DNA of 64,000 nt from Lama glama (lineage: Eukaryota). This document shows, piece after piece, positions 1 to 12,900 of the stretch. The position numbers were made by a program, and so were the translations under genes. Position 1 is the first letter of the stretch; each line of letters begins with the position of its first letter. Under the pieces are notes generated by a model that had not been told where the DNA came from, did no database searches, and saw only the letters and a program-made list of their open reading frames with translations. The stretch is from positions 2,108,001-2,172,000 of the forward strand of contig CM052816.1 in NCBI GenBank assembly GCA_028534125.1. Reading direction: 5' to 3'.

Positions 1-2009
1 GGTCCTTATAGAATCCCAAAACAACTCGGGCAGTTGAGGGCTTCCGGCAGCCAGCTAACAAAAATATACTGTCAGAGGATGCGGCTCGGGGAGGCGTGGG
101 ACCCGCACAGCAGTGAGCCTGAAAGCCAGCCTTTCCGTTTTTACAGAGCTTCACCCTTCACATCTGGTGGAGCTGTGACAATCAGCACTAGACCATTTTA
201 GAAATCAGATACCCTGGGTACCAGGAAGTTGATTTGCCTTCCACTTCCTTAAGAAAACACACATTAATATTTAAGCTGGGTTTTCATAAAAGAAGGGTTG
301 TGTTTGAGATGCGAAATGAAGTCGGGGTGGGGGGGGGATGCTGGGAGAACTCCCTCCTATACGGACCCAGATGCAATTCAAATTGTCCTCCAGATTGGAA
401 AAGGAAGAGGAGAGGGGCTCACCGAGTGCCCCAAGCCCTTGGTGGCAGTTGGTAGCTACTATTTTGTGGTGTGTGTCTGCAATTTGGAAAGAACTGGACT
501 TGGAGTTGTGACTTCCTACTCTGTGAGCAGGAGCTGGAGATCCATGAAGTTTTCCTTCCTAAGTGATCCCGAGAAATGGTGTTTGTGATTTCCCCCCTCA
601 GCATTGTTTCTTGGCAGCTTTTTTCAATCAGAGAGCCGCGTGGCACCCATCAGCCCCTTCCTGGGCTTGGTGGCCCTGCTGCTCGCGGTCCAACCTGATT
701 CATTTTCCTGCCCTCCTTGGGGTCCACTCTCCGCAGAGCTGACTTTGAGATTGTGTCAGATAAAGCAGGCGCGCCGGTCCTGCGAGTGCCATCCTGAATA
801 TAGATGTCTCTAAAAAATATGTGGGGACAAATACAGTTCTTAAAGGGTAAAAGGGGTTTTTCAAAGATCAGCGTAAATGGTTTACTTTAAAAATAAACAT
901 TTTAAATCACTTTGATCTTAGCTGTCCCAAAGATGCAAAGTAGTCATGCTTCTGGGGGAGTATTTTCCGGGGTTTTAAACCTAGCATAGACCATTTCCTC
1001 TTTGCTTGCAAGAAGATAAATAATTTTTGGAACAATAGAACACATGAAGAAACAGCCTGCAAGTAACTGACAGGTAGGATACTGGAGGTGTCGTGTATGA
1101 GCAGAGGTTGGTTTTGCATTTGCAAACAAAGTTTTGGTAACCTCTCTAGGGAAGGTTGTTGATGCAGATTTGAATCCTGCAAACTGCATTTCCTCTGTCC
1201 ATGTCTATCCACCCACCCACTCACATCCATTTCATGCGCAAGGATGTCGTGACATTTTTTTGGTCAGATACCTTACTGAAAATTTGCTCTTCCTATGCCT
1301 GGCACGTCTTCCGTCTTTTGTTTCAATGGTTAGTCTTTACTCTTTTGGGCCATGTACTTGCCTGCTTACCAGGTATCATCATTCAACTATGATTCTAGCA
1401 TTAACTGAATATCTGAATGTACCTGTATTTGGTATTTTGGGATAATAGTTAATATTCTGAAGACTGTCTGAATATTAGGTTTTTGGTTAGGCAGCACATA
1501 ACTGCAGTGGGAGAAAGTTCTGATGTTCTATAAAAACCCAACCACAAGTTATTTGAAGACAAAATGAAATGCTTTTGAGGTTTCCCGCATGTTTCTTTTG
1601 CATGGAAAAGCAAGTGTCAGCGGTACTAATATCACATACTACTTAATCCTTACACTATCTTTTTTTGCTAGTTTTATATGTGCTGTATAAAATGGTTATC
1701 TCATGGATAACAGGAAGCTGTCCTCGATAGACCAGCCCCCTTTTTCATATTTGTATTATAAATTTTATTACTCTAAAGATCAGGGAAGGCAAGCGATCAT
1801 TTTCGAGGAAGATGCTTTAAGACCAAGACGGACATTTTCAACTTACTTCCAGTGACATTTCTCAATCAGAGCTTCTTTTTTAAGTTCTGTAGTCACAGGG
1901 TTGGGGGAGGGGACTGTGCAAGAAAATGGGGGTGGTTTTGTGTGGGTCTCTTAACCACTGTGAAGCAATTATCTGAAAGCCTGTGCTCTTCCATGGACAG
2001 ACAGAACCG

Positions 2010-2155
2010 TATCATGGATAAAGAATAATCTGAATTAGGGATATTTGAGTTCTAATCCGAGATCTTCCTCTAAAACAAGCTCTGTGACTTTAGACAAGAT
2101 GCTTACCTTTTCTGGTGGTGGTTTCCTGATCTGTAAATTGAAGAGGGCTTGATTT
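2010..2155 (+). mobile_element. MIR-family SINE fragment
   Basis: Degenerate MIR core: gagttctaatcc...agctctgtgactttagacaagatgcttaccttttctg...tttcctgatctgtaaattg. Confidence 0.7.
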
Positions 2156-2559
2156 GACAGAAAATTAAAAAATACAGAGAGAATAAATAAAGGCAAAGCT
2201 GCTGTAGTCGAGGAGAATGAGCCGGGGGTACCATCCCACTGGCTCGGTCCTCCCTCTCAGCCGCACAGCGGTCCTGAGACCCCTGGAGCAACCTGGAAGC
2301 CCACGTGGAGATCACCTTCTGTTGCTAGCAGTTTACAGTTCTCATGTCTAAAAGAGATCATGTTATCTAGAGTTTAAACTGAGAAACGCCATTTTCCACT
2401 TCTTTTAAACGTCCTTTTGCTGATACTACATGTTGCAGGAAACTTGGCCTCTATGAAAACATTTAAAAAGGAAATTAAAATAATTCACAGGTATGCATTT
2501 GGAATATATTTCCTTTTTTTTTCTTTTCCTTTTCTTTCAATTTTCTTTTTTGTCTCTCT

Positions 2560-2950
2560 GTTTCTTAACTAGAATAAAGTACACATATATTATAAGATAC
2601 ATGCATATATAATTTTGAAGAAGGATTCTAGTGATTATTATGGGTCGTAAACTGAGGAGTACGATTAACTACAAACCAGTACAACCTCACCATCTGTATA
2701 TACGGCTTTAAATCCTGTAACCTGTATTAATATGATGTCATGAGGTTTTTTTCTATGTCATCTAGGCATATTTGGAAAATATTTCAATAGTGATTTACTG
2801 TTTCATTAACCATTCCCTCATTATTGGATATTTAGGTTATTTCCAGTTTTTCACGGCCATAAATGTCCCTGTGTTGACTATCTTTGCCACTCTGATTTCA
2901 GTCCTACAATAGATTCCTAGACAAAACATTTCTGGGTCAAAACTTTGACT
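2560..2950 (-). mobile_element. Old L1M 3' fragment
   Basis: attaaccattccctcattattggatatttaggttatttccagtttttc and tagattcctaga...ttctgggtcaaa resemble antisense L1M 3' sequence. Confidence 0.6.
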
Positions 2951-5900
2951 TATACTTCTATCAGTCTCGTTTTATTTGGTTTTTGCTGGTACTACTTGTT
3001 TTAGTAGAAATGGTCCCTTATTCTTATGTTTGGAAATCTGATGAGTTATTCAGACTGTCAGGTGAAGTCGTATTCTGAAAAGTGGTGACCATGAAGCTGT
3101 TCTTACAGATTATAGAATAAAATCTGTCTCCTGTGTCATCATTAAATGGATCGTTGTCCTCACGGAACGTCGTGGTAGAGAGTTGCTTTCCAATTTGGAG
3201 AAAGTGACCTGTAAAATCAATGCCAACATTTGTCACATAACTGAGATCTATCTGATCACTAAAGTTTTTCTTTCCTTAACATCTTATGATACGTTGGCTT
3301 AAACAAACAGAACTTATGTGTTTTCAACTCCCCTCATTTCTGAACTCCTACTTTTGAGAAAAAAAAAGTTGAAACTGTGCATTTTGGGGGGAGCATAAAT
3401 GCATACTTAAGGTATGAATGCTTCTTTCAGAAATCGATCTGCATCTTGGCTGGCAAACCTCTCAGGTGCACACAGGGGCCCTGGCTACTTGGTCGTTCCT
3501 GGAGGAATATATTTTAAAAATACTTTCTTGACCTTCTTCTAACTTGGAGACAAGCACATTCCTCACTTTTTCCCAACCAAAGCGAACAGAATTTTCATGT
3601 GCAGAGTGTGTGTTTTCAGTGGATTAAACCCAAAGCCGTGTTGTTCTAGAGGTCTTAGAACTGCTTACGCAGTGCACAGTAAGCTTTGTAGCACAATTTA
3701 AATGTTGGTTTTAATGTATAAACAGTCATCCAAAAGCATTTCAGAAAAGCTCTTTTTAGGAATTCGCTAAAAGTATATTGGATAATGATTTTTGAGGCAT
3801 TTTTTTTTTGATGTCTTTATTTAGGCATAAAAAGTTTTTCCTTTTACTTGTACCCCATAAAGAAGTTCTGGATCTGCTTTCTCTTTCTCTCTCTGAGCTC
3901 CCTCCCTTCCTTTTCCAGCTGTTTCTTGTATTCATCTGAGACATTAGACGACATTCTTTATTTTGCCGACAATGACTAATTTATACCTAATTGCCTGGGT
4001 TCTGGGATTGTTAGGAAACTGTATTGACAATGATAATTTTCAGTTGTCTCACAATGAGGGCACCTAAATTAACACAGATCCCAATCAAAACATGGCAAGT
4101 GAGAAACAAAGCCCCCACCAATGGCATGTTTCTGACATTGCCTTTGTTAAGTGTTGCATTAATAGGAAGGTGACATTCTTTTGAGAAGTAAAGCATATGT
4201 AAATATGAAGAGTTTTTAAAAACAGAATTCTGCAAGTCAGACTCATTTGTGTGGGTTTATAAGGCAGAGAACAAATTAAACAGAAACCTTCTGTTTGATA
4301 GAGAATAGAAATTGGAGTGGTTTTCCTGCTTCATTTAGGAGCCAAACATTCTTACGTGTTGGGTGTAGCTGGGTATGGTTGGATATAAGTCTGACCAATC
4401 GATTCTGTGTTTGAAGTCATCGTGAGTGAGAATCCACGATGGGCCTTTTTGGACCTGACTATGATTGTTCATATGAGTTTGTGCAATTGCAAACCTAACT
4501 TCTGCACAGCATTAAAAGTGGTACGACTTGAAACAGAGTCCCTGGTTGCTTTGTGATTTGATGATTATGGCTCTTGACATATTTCTCTCTCTAAGAGAAT
4601 AAAAGTACTGCACTCACTAATGACTGAACTGGTTGGTTCCACTTACGTGCCCCATACAGCCTCTTTGCCATTCGGCCTTTTCCAAGTTAATCTATTGTAA
4701 AATTAGATTGTAAAAATGGACACAGTTGGCACCATCCCGGGACACTGGTGAAGGACTCATGGTGTCAGCCCCTTAACCTCTCCAGTGGAAATCATTTCAC
4801 AGTTCCTTTGTGGTATCACCCAGCTCCCCAAAGAGCCTGCCTTCTCCTTCAGCCTCAGTTATCTCCTGCAAGTGTGACCGTTCCAGTTTGATTGCCCTGA
4901 GAATGCACACTCTTTTCCTCTCGATGCTGAAGCCTCCTCTCTCAAGGTCTGCGTCTTAAGTGGCGGAGACGCAAAAGCAGCTTTTTCTATAGTGTTAATT
5001 CAATTCTCCTTTACATGATCATGCAGAAACCAAGTAATGCGTCCAGTGAAGAAGAGAGGAAGAGAGGGGTCAAGAGGTGTGGGTTCCGGTAAGATTGAAA
5101 CAGCCATTGCACTTGCGATGCTAAACCGTAAATGCCATCAATGACTGTTAGCATCTAAAACAAGTCAGTTAGATGAACTGATTTTCCATGATGTTGGGGC
5201 TGATAATTCAGGGATTCTTATCCTATAGGCAATTCAAGACTAGATTTCAGCGGGAGGCCGTGAAACTTTTTGAATGAATGGGACATTTTAAATTAAGCAA
5301 TAAGCATTTTCCCAAGGTGAGGCTTTATCAAATTCTCACAAGGGTTCACAGCCCACAAAAGGTTAAGGAACTAATGTGTTCCATCTTCATAATTTTTTTG
5401 AATGTTTTATTTCAACAGTTGATGTTCTATTTCCTTTTATGCAGAAGAGGGAAAAAGCAGGCACAAGTCTGGTATTCCTTGATCTTTAATTTCTTCTCTG
5501 TTGTGGATATCCTATAATAAATGTACAGGAAAGAAATATAAAACCCTATCCAAACGCAGTTAATGGCTCCGAGAAATGCACAGTCAGAGTGCTCTGAAAT
5601 CAGGTTACAAATATAATTTTCAATTTGCTGGGGAGAAAATAGGAAGGAAGAGGCCTTGGGAATACAGAATAAATTCACTGTATGGACATTGTCGGTGTTG
5701 GTTCATCATATCCCCCGTTGGCCCACAACTCGGCACGTCTCTAAGAAGCAAAAAGTGCACACGCTGGCCTGCTTGGTAATATTTAGGGGAAGGGCCCACA
5801 CATTGCGAACTGCCATGAGCTGGGTTCGTGCAGTCAAAGGGGTGGTAGGTGAAGTTGCATCCTCTGGCATCATAAAATTTTAGAGGTGAGCGGTGTTATC

Positions 5901-6554
5901 AGTTAGGGACACTTAGGAGATGTGACTGCGATATTTACTGCTCTTGTGGCTTATTTCCTCCCTGGTGGAGTACTCGGAATGAATGTCAAGGCCTGGGCCT
6001 GATAGATTCCAGAAAATACATCCGTCTTAATTTGCAAGGAGGCCACGGGAGCCCTGTAGTGCAGCCCCTGGGTGCCCGTGACATGTGAAGCCTGGAGTTT
6101 GTAGGAGGGCACTTTTCCGTCTTTTAAAGTCCCCATTTCCCACAACGGATTTTTATGACATGCTGGAAGCGTCACTGTGACTATTTAAGAAGTATGGGCG
6201 GATGTACTGCTGACCGGCTACTTACTGGCAGGGTTTCTCTCTGTGTTGAGTCTGGCTGTTGATTTTAAGCAGCTTTGCCACTTTGGCCTCAAACTTCTTA
6301 GGACTCTCAGCCTTGCCTCCTCCTAAAAAATCCAGGATCAGCTGAAGCCATTGAGATAACATGACAGACAGTGGATCTGGAGAATTCCAAAGCACTGGGT
6401 AGCTAGTAGCGAAACATGGTGTTCATTATATACCAAGGTAAGCAGTTGCAAAATGAAATATGGCAACAACTACCTTTCCACTACGTGACTTTGATAGGCT
6501 TCAATGATTTATTCATTTGCTTTTTCGTTTTGCCACTTTATAGCAAAATAAAAT

Positions 6555-6750
6555 AGTGGACTGGAAAGACCCAACTTCCAGTCCCACCTCTTCTGGTTAT
6601 GGCTGTTGAGCCTTAAGACAGTGTTTTGGCCTCTCTGGACTTTCCTTTTCTCATCTGTACAATGAACATAATATTATCTGCTCTGCTGACTTAACGTAGT
6701 TGGGGTGAGGAGGATGTGAGAGATCAAATGGCTATCACTTTATCAAGCAT
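6555..6750 (+). mobile_element. MIR fragment
   Basis: cctctctggactttccttttctcatctgtacaatgaacataatattatctgc...gtgaggaggatgtgagagat follows the MIR core and 3' part. Confidence 0.65.
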
Positions 6751-6829
6751 TTTAAAAGCCAAGGGGAGATTGCTCTTCCCTTGATAGAAACTCTCCCAAC
6801 ATTTCGGACTTTATTAGAAGCTACGTCTC

Positions 6830-7065
6830 TTAGTGGCTCACAGTTCTGTCTCTGGAGTCAGACAGGGCTGGGTGAGCATCCTGGCTGTATCACTTGCTCA
6901 TATAGATAAGCTGCTTGTGTAATCTGAGCCCCTGTCTTCCTCATCTTTAAAATGGGAGTAATGATGGTTCAGACCTAGCAGAGTTGGAGCATAGATTGAA
7001 GGAGATAACTGTGCCCAGTACTGTGCCTGGCATGTGCTGAGGGCTTAGCAACTGTGAGCTGTAGT
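6830..7065 (+). mobile_element. Near full-length MIR
   Basis: tagtggctcacag...tctggagtcagacagggctgggt...cttcctcatctttaaaatgggagtaatgatgg...gtgcctggcatgtgc. Confidence 0.8.
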
Positions 7066-8254
7066 TAGGGTCTGGGTCCCTTTACCTACATCATGAAGAA
7101 TGAGAACTTCCTGAAAACAGAGCCCTGCAGATATGCCCCAAGAATGCACGAGACCCAAGAAAGCTGTCATTTCAAGAATCATCATCCAGGGTCTGTGGTG
7201 AGTCATCGATAATCACCTTCTATTAGGATCAGATTGGATCTCCAAGTGGTGGCAGAGTGCCAGTTTTTCCTACAGTTCTCAGTTCCCCGTGCCTTGCAGT
7301 GGTATTCAAAATACTTCGCAATTCGACTCAAGAAATTTAGCACATCTTCAGAATAAATTATTATTGTCATTAGCACATTACCACCCAGGAAGATCTGTGC
7401 AGGAACAGAATGCCCAGGGCGAAACGCTTCATGTTCATCAACTCGTGAGCACCGTGTGGATGAGGATGTTTCTGTTTCAGTTGTTGCTTTTTGTTCGCCA
7501 AAGCTAAAAGCTAGACACACCCAGTGGTGGTTGCTGATCCCGTGACTGACGGAGTTAGCAAAGATCCAACTAGGACGGTTCAGACCAGCAGAAAGATAAG
7601 GATGTCAGTGCAGAGAAAAGTCACAGAGGGGATGCCTCCTCATAAAAGGGCAAAGGGGACCTAGAGGTGACCACCTGACCTTTCTTCAGCTTATATATGT
7701 AGATGTGTCTGGCAATGAAAACATTCCTAACTTGCATTCTGAGTACAGGAATTGAAAGGAAAATCTATGTTGGTAATTTCCATGAAACTTTCTTTTGATG
7801 TGGGTTGACGTTAATCAACTTTCCTATCCAGCTGTGAATTCGTCCCCTAAATATCCGTCCAGGCCACCACTTTCTTTCCTGGTGACTCTTGTTACATGCA
7901 GCTCCGCACCTGACAGATCATTTTTACTTCACAGGTTTCCAAAGGTGATAATTTCTTGCATTGTACGTGACTATATATAGTAAAGATGAAATATTGCCGT
8001 AAAGGAAGTGTAGTTTTAGGTGCCCAAATTACTTCACCCTTTTGAATAGCATTCCTTCCTCCTTTTCTATATATATATACATAAAGTATTTCAACCCCTG
8101 AACCCAAACCAAAATTTCTTCCATTAAAGGGTAGGTTCATTATTTACTTTGAGACAAATGCCCTATGGATCCTTAAACCTAAGCCTGGAAAATAGGAAAT
8201 AATTCACTCAGGCTTGAAAAGGGTGGGGATTTCTTTGTTTCTTTTTATATTTAT

Positions 8255-8400
8255 TCAGGAAAAGCTGACAATCGTCCCACATTAATGAACTGCACCATCA
8301 ATCACAGTGTTGACAATGAGCGGAAAAGCAAGGTATATGTCAGACTGACGGCATATTGCCTTTTGCAGCCAGGGCATGGCTGTTTATAGCACTTTCGTTG
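8255..8400. promoter_or_regulatory. Candidate enhancer-like block with PBX/HOX and MEIS motifs
   Basis: Non-repetitive sequence containing TGACA (8266-8270), ATTAAT, ATCAATCA (8297-8304), TTGACA (8310-8315) and TGTCA (8338-8342). Motif-based only. Confidence 0.4.
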
Positions 8401-8772
8401 GCAAAATTCTTTTTGCACTGGCACAGGAGTAGAAAGTAGAATTAGAAAAGAAGCCAGTGGAAAGAGCTGTATGTTTTCAAGTTATGGAAAAAAAGTAATA
8501 GGGGAAAATTGAGAAATGATCATTTTTGTAGTTTGGGTCCCTATCCCACAGGACTTAAAGCGTCAATGGAAAATGAGAAGGAAGAAAAAAAAAAGGTGGG
8601 GGGATTTCTTTTCTTTTTCCTCTCATCTCATTCTATAGGGCTGGTTGTGTTTTCCTAAGACTGGAAAGTTTGGAAGATGATATATGTCAGTTGCGTTTGA
8701 GCCCTGAAACTATCACAAAGCTGACTTGGTGGTAATTGTTTTAGTCGACTCTGAGCATCCACCTCGCATTAA

Positions 8773-8798
8773 ACACGCACACGCACACACACACACAC
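8773..8798. repeat. Imperfect (CA)n microsatellite
   Basis: acacgcacacgcacacacacacacac, read directly. Confidence 0.85.
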
Positions 8799-9099
8799 AA
8801 GCTGGTGACTGATAGTGGAAATGACTGTGATGGCCAGGAAGTGATGGAATTTCCTCCCGTATCTGGCTCCTACTCTCCTAGTACCAGTTGGTGAGAAGTG
8901 AGTTAAGCTCTGGTACACGGTCAGGCAATCTTGTGGTAAATTGTGGCTCAGACAGAGCAGCCTGTGGCCGTCGAATCCATGAGGAGGGGCCACCCTCATC
9001 TCTCTTTTGAGGGGCAGTTTCTCCTCTCTTTCGAACTCTGAACAACTCTCAACAGTACCCACTTAATAAGTTGTCCAAAAAGGACAAGGTGAAGGTGAT

Positions 9100-9337
9100 A
9101 CCAACAGCTAGTAATTACTAAGACTGTATAATGCGTTAAGGACAATATAGCCTTTACCTCATGGAGTTCTCATCACAGCCCTGTGCGGTGGAAGAACACC
9201 GTTATTTTTGCAGACAAGGAAACTGAGATTCAGAGAGAATGAATGACTCGTGCAAGGGGTCATCCAGCCAGTGAATGGCTGAGTTGTAGTGTATGGGTCT
9301 CTCTTAACTACAGATCCCAGTCTTTTCAATGCTACGC
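9100..9337 (-). mobile_element. MIR, interrupted near its end by a Charlie1a-like transposon
   Basis: ctcatcacagccctgtgcggtgg...tttttgcagacaaggaaactgagattcagagag...aggggtcatccagccagtgaatggc is an antisense MIR core. Confidence 0.8.
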
Positions 9338-10829
9338 CAGGGCTTCTCAAACTGTAAGACTTTATACTCTTAAAAATTTATTGAGACTCCAAAGAACTTT
9401 TGTTAATATGGTTTGTATCTATCTGTACTCACTGTTTTATAAATGAAAATGGGAACTTGAAAAATATTTATTTATTAGTTATTTTAAAATGACAATAGCA
9501 AACCTATGTTTGCTATTAACAAAAGTTAATATACGTTAATATAAGTTATGTTAACATATGCAGTGTATTGTAAAAATGGGAAATCACCCTATTTCTTGAA
9601 AGAAAAATATCTAGTGGGAAGACCGGCATTGCTTTACATTTTTACAAATCTTTTTTATGTCTGCCTTAATAGAAGGCAGGATTCTCACATTTGCTTGTGC
9701 ATAGTTTGCTATATGTTACTTTGGCTAAATCATATGAAAAAAATCCAGCTTTATAAACACATGTAGTTGGAAAAAAGTGAACTATTTTAATAGTTTTTTT
9801 TAGGTAATTGTGCATATTCTCCTTTGATAGTGCACCAAAACTTGACAAGTGGTTTTTTCTTCAAAGTTAGTTGTAGTGTTGAATCTGACACCATAATAAT
9901 GAACTTTTAATACTCTTGATATTAAAGTCCATTTCTTTATCTTTCACTTTGAACGGATATTTTGTCCATCGTGATTTTGTAACTCCATGTGTTGGTTATT
10001 TGGAAAATAACCTGTTCCCCTGAACGATGTGCTCTGAACTAAATGACGTTTGATTATGTAATATTAAAAATTCGTATTCATTAATATCGGGATTAACCTC
10101 AACAGAGAAATCATTAGGAAGCTTTCAAGCTTATAAGCTAAGAGTGGAGGATACAAGCTTCGTAAAATTCTATTTTTCCCTTGAATGCTTGACATATGGC
10201 TGTCAATTGTTTTCTTTGAAGTAACAGTCCACTTTGCTCATTTTTGAGAAGATGTTTGCCAAGTACCCAAGTCTGAATAACCATTGTTTGTCAGTTGTAC
10301 TTGGAAGTAAAAACGGTGTTCTGCAAAAAAAAAAAACAAAAAAAACCCTCAAACCAACCTCTTTAGCTCACACTTCAAACAACTGCACAAGTACTTTCCC
10401 TGAACGTAACCATTTAACTTTGGCATGCAGCAGAAAGCTTTACTGGTATTTCCCATGTCATCTTACAGAATATTAAGAAGACGTAAGAAGGGTTGAGATT
10501 GAATACAATTTAATATTTTGATACATTTCAACAAAACTAATAATTTTTGCTGCTTCATCAAGAACACCTTAAATGAAATGGTTTTTATGCTTTGTGTGTG
10601 TGCACTTGTTTGTTTGCTGCAAGTTCATGGTGGCGAAGAACAGAATGACTACTAGGTACAATTTGGTGGCATTGCCTTGATTGTCGCTAAGGCATCGTCA
10701 TCACTCTGCACCTTCTGCTCAAATGTCAGCAGAGTGATATTATTAGGGAAATAGTCTTGACCCCATGCACCTCCTAAAAGAGATGCAGAGACCTTCGGGA
10801 TGCCATGGGATCACATTTTAGAAAGGCTG
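9338..10829 (-). mobile_element. hAT-Charlie DNA transposon, Charlie1a-like, ~1.5 kb, non-autonomous
   Basis: Degenerate TIRs cagggcttctcaaa ... ttttagaaaggctg. Internal motifs (tactcttaaaaatttattgagactccaaagaacttttgtt; gtttgccaagtacccaagtctgaataaccat; ggcatgcagcagaaagctttactg) match my recollection of the Charlie1 consensus. Confidence 0.85.
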
Positions 10830-11916
10830 CTCTACACAGTACTGTGCCTTAAAGATGCTAGTGATGTCAGAACAACTTCCTGCAGCAAAATGGCAGGAAA
10901 AACAAAGAATAGGACAGCAAACTAGTAGAAAAGAGTTGGCTTTTATTATTCTCATAATACAATTTTAATGCATGTTTTTATACACATATGTCTATAATGG
11001 CAAATAAAATGTTGGTAGATTTTTATTTTTTATTAAATTTCTGTGCTTCATTTCAAATAAGGAAGGAAAAATATTCACTGCGGATTAGGGGATAACATAT
11101 TTTTGAAGGTATCAGCCGCGACTGAACCTACATTCTGCTTTTCCCACGTCAGCTTAGGAACATACTGATTCTCCGTCTGTTTATAGTTCTGAAGACTAGC
11201 TACTTGGAATAGATTTAAAATGTTTGTGTATAGTTACAGCATCTTAGAGGCAAAAACCCACCAATTTCTCACAAACGCTTGGAAAATTTTCTTTTCTGTA
11301 ACTAAAATCATCTCTCGTTCCCTCTTAGCCGAGAGAGAAGGTTTGAAGACTGATCCTTTAACTAGATGTGAGGAGTTTTCTAAAAAACTAAACTTAGCAA
11401 CTAATTTTGAAAGACTCTTAAAGAAGAGACCTGACCCTATTGAAGTGAAGAAAATTTGTAATTATGGAAACTGGCCTATAATTACTACTGTTGTTTTGAA
11501 GTTATCCCTCCGTTGTTTGAAATGACTGTTGGCCGTGTTTCCTATTCTGGGGCACTGCGCACACTCAGAGACGTCTCAGGCTGCGACACAGATACATTTC
11601 AGAGTTGAGTCTCTGGGTAAGAGCTGTCAATGTGGGTCTTTCATTCTGTTTCTTTTTCTGTGAGAATTTTTTCTTTCTTTCAAAGAGAAAATGAAACAGA
11701 AAAACTCTTGTGTGTGTTGGAGGTTCATTCACTGCAACCTGAGAAGCGTGGTATTTGGGCTGAGTCTTTGAAGCTTCCATGACAGAGAAATGCTCTGGGT
11801 GTAGGCACTAAATTTTTCAGGTTGTGGATATTTTTCAGTAGTAGGTGAGAAGCATGCATAATATACATTGCGATCTGGCACAGTTCGGGAATCGAAAGTC
11901 TCTTTGATCAAGTCAA

Positions 11917-12199
11917 CAGCATTTCCCGAAGTGTGGTAAGTTACCAGTTTATGTACCAGCGTTGGCCTGTAAGATGATTTTAGGAGGCCCACAGGCGTGT
12001 TCCAGTTAATCATTCTACACCTATTTTTATGATCATCTTCAATTTACTAGTTTTCTATGTATAGTTTCCTTTGAAAATGATTTTACTTAAAATGAAGGAG
12101 TGAATCATTTTAAAGTAAAATTATCAAGTAAATGACAGTAACAACAGTGGTGGGTAGACTGGCAAAAGGCATACAAATGACTTAAGTCTGAGGAAGCTG
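11917..12199. mobile_element. Short non-autonomous hAT-Charlie (MER-type) element
   Basis: Ends cagcatttcccgaagtgtgg ... aagtctgaggaagctg resemble Charlie TIRs, with an AT-rich interior. Subfamily not determined. Confidence 0.55.
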
Positions 12200-12219
12200 A
12201 AATCGTTCAGATAAGTTTA

Positions 12220-12900
12220 GTGCGTTCATGTACTTGTCCACTGTTGACTGAATGCCTGCCTATTCTACATACTGTGGACTCCGCAGTCACTAAAATAAAC
12301 CAAGACCCTGCCCTTATGGGACTCACATCCTGGATCGGGAATATAAATAAATTCCCAATAGACTGTCAGGTAGTTAATGTTCTAGAGAAAAATAAAGTAG
12401 GCTTAGGGGCTAGAGCTTGATAGTGGTGCTATTTTAGAGAAAGTTGAGGGAAAGCCTTGTTGACAAGGTTGCATTTGAGAAGAGACCGCCATGGGTTGAG
12501 TTTAATTCACGTTAGCAAGTATGTCTTGGATGTTTGGCTCTGGCATACAAATACAAACAACACGGGTCAGAAGCAGCTCAGAGTGGGGGCGAGTGCAGAA
12601 CGGATAATTTAGTAGTTTAACAGAGCTAGGAGTTTAATAGGATGGAGTGCAGTGTAGCAGGGTAATCAGATACTTTGGGAGCACAGTGGAGGGGAATAAC
12701 TAGCCCAAGCAATGGGAGATGAGGTCACGGAGGGTATCCTACAAGAGGTAGTTGCCCTAAACTGAATTTTTCAGAATGAGATGAAGTTAGCAAGGGATGG
12801 AGCTGATAGTAGGGTGAGCCTTTTATAGCAGAGGGAACAGCATATGTAAAGGTGAAAAACATTTCTAGTAGGTGGAATCTAGAATTTGGGAGATTGAGAG
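12220..12900 (-). mobile_element. L2 LINE fragments
   Basis: ttgactgaatgcctgcc...aagaccctgcccttatgggactcacatcc...gggaaagccttgttgacaaggttgcatttgag and agcagagggaacagcatatgtaaagg are typical antisense L2. Confidence 0.7.

Noticed and set aside
10234..10476. ORFs within the Charlie1a-like element as a possible domesticated transposase
   Set aside because: Short, interrupted by stops and an A-run, with no intact transposase frame on either strand.
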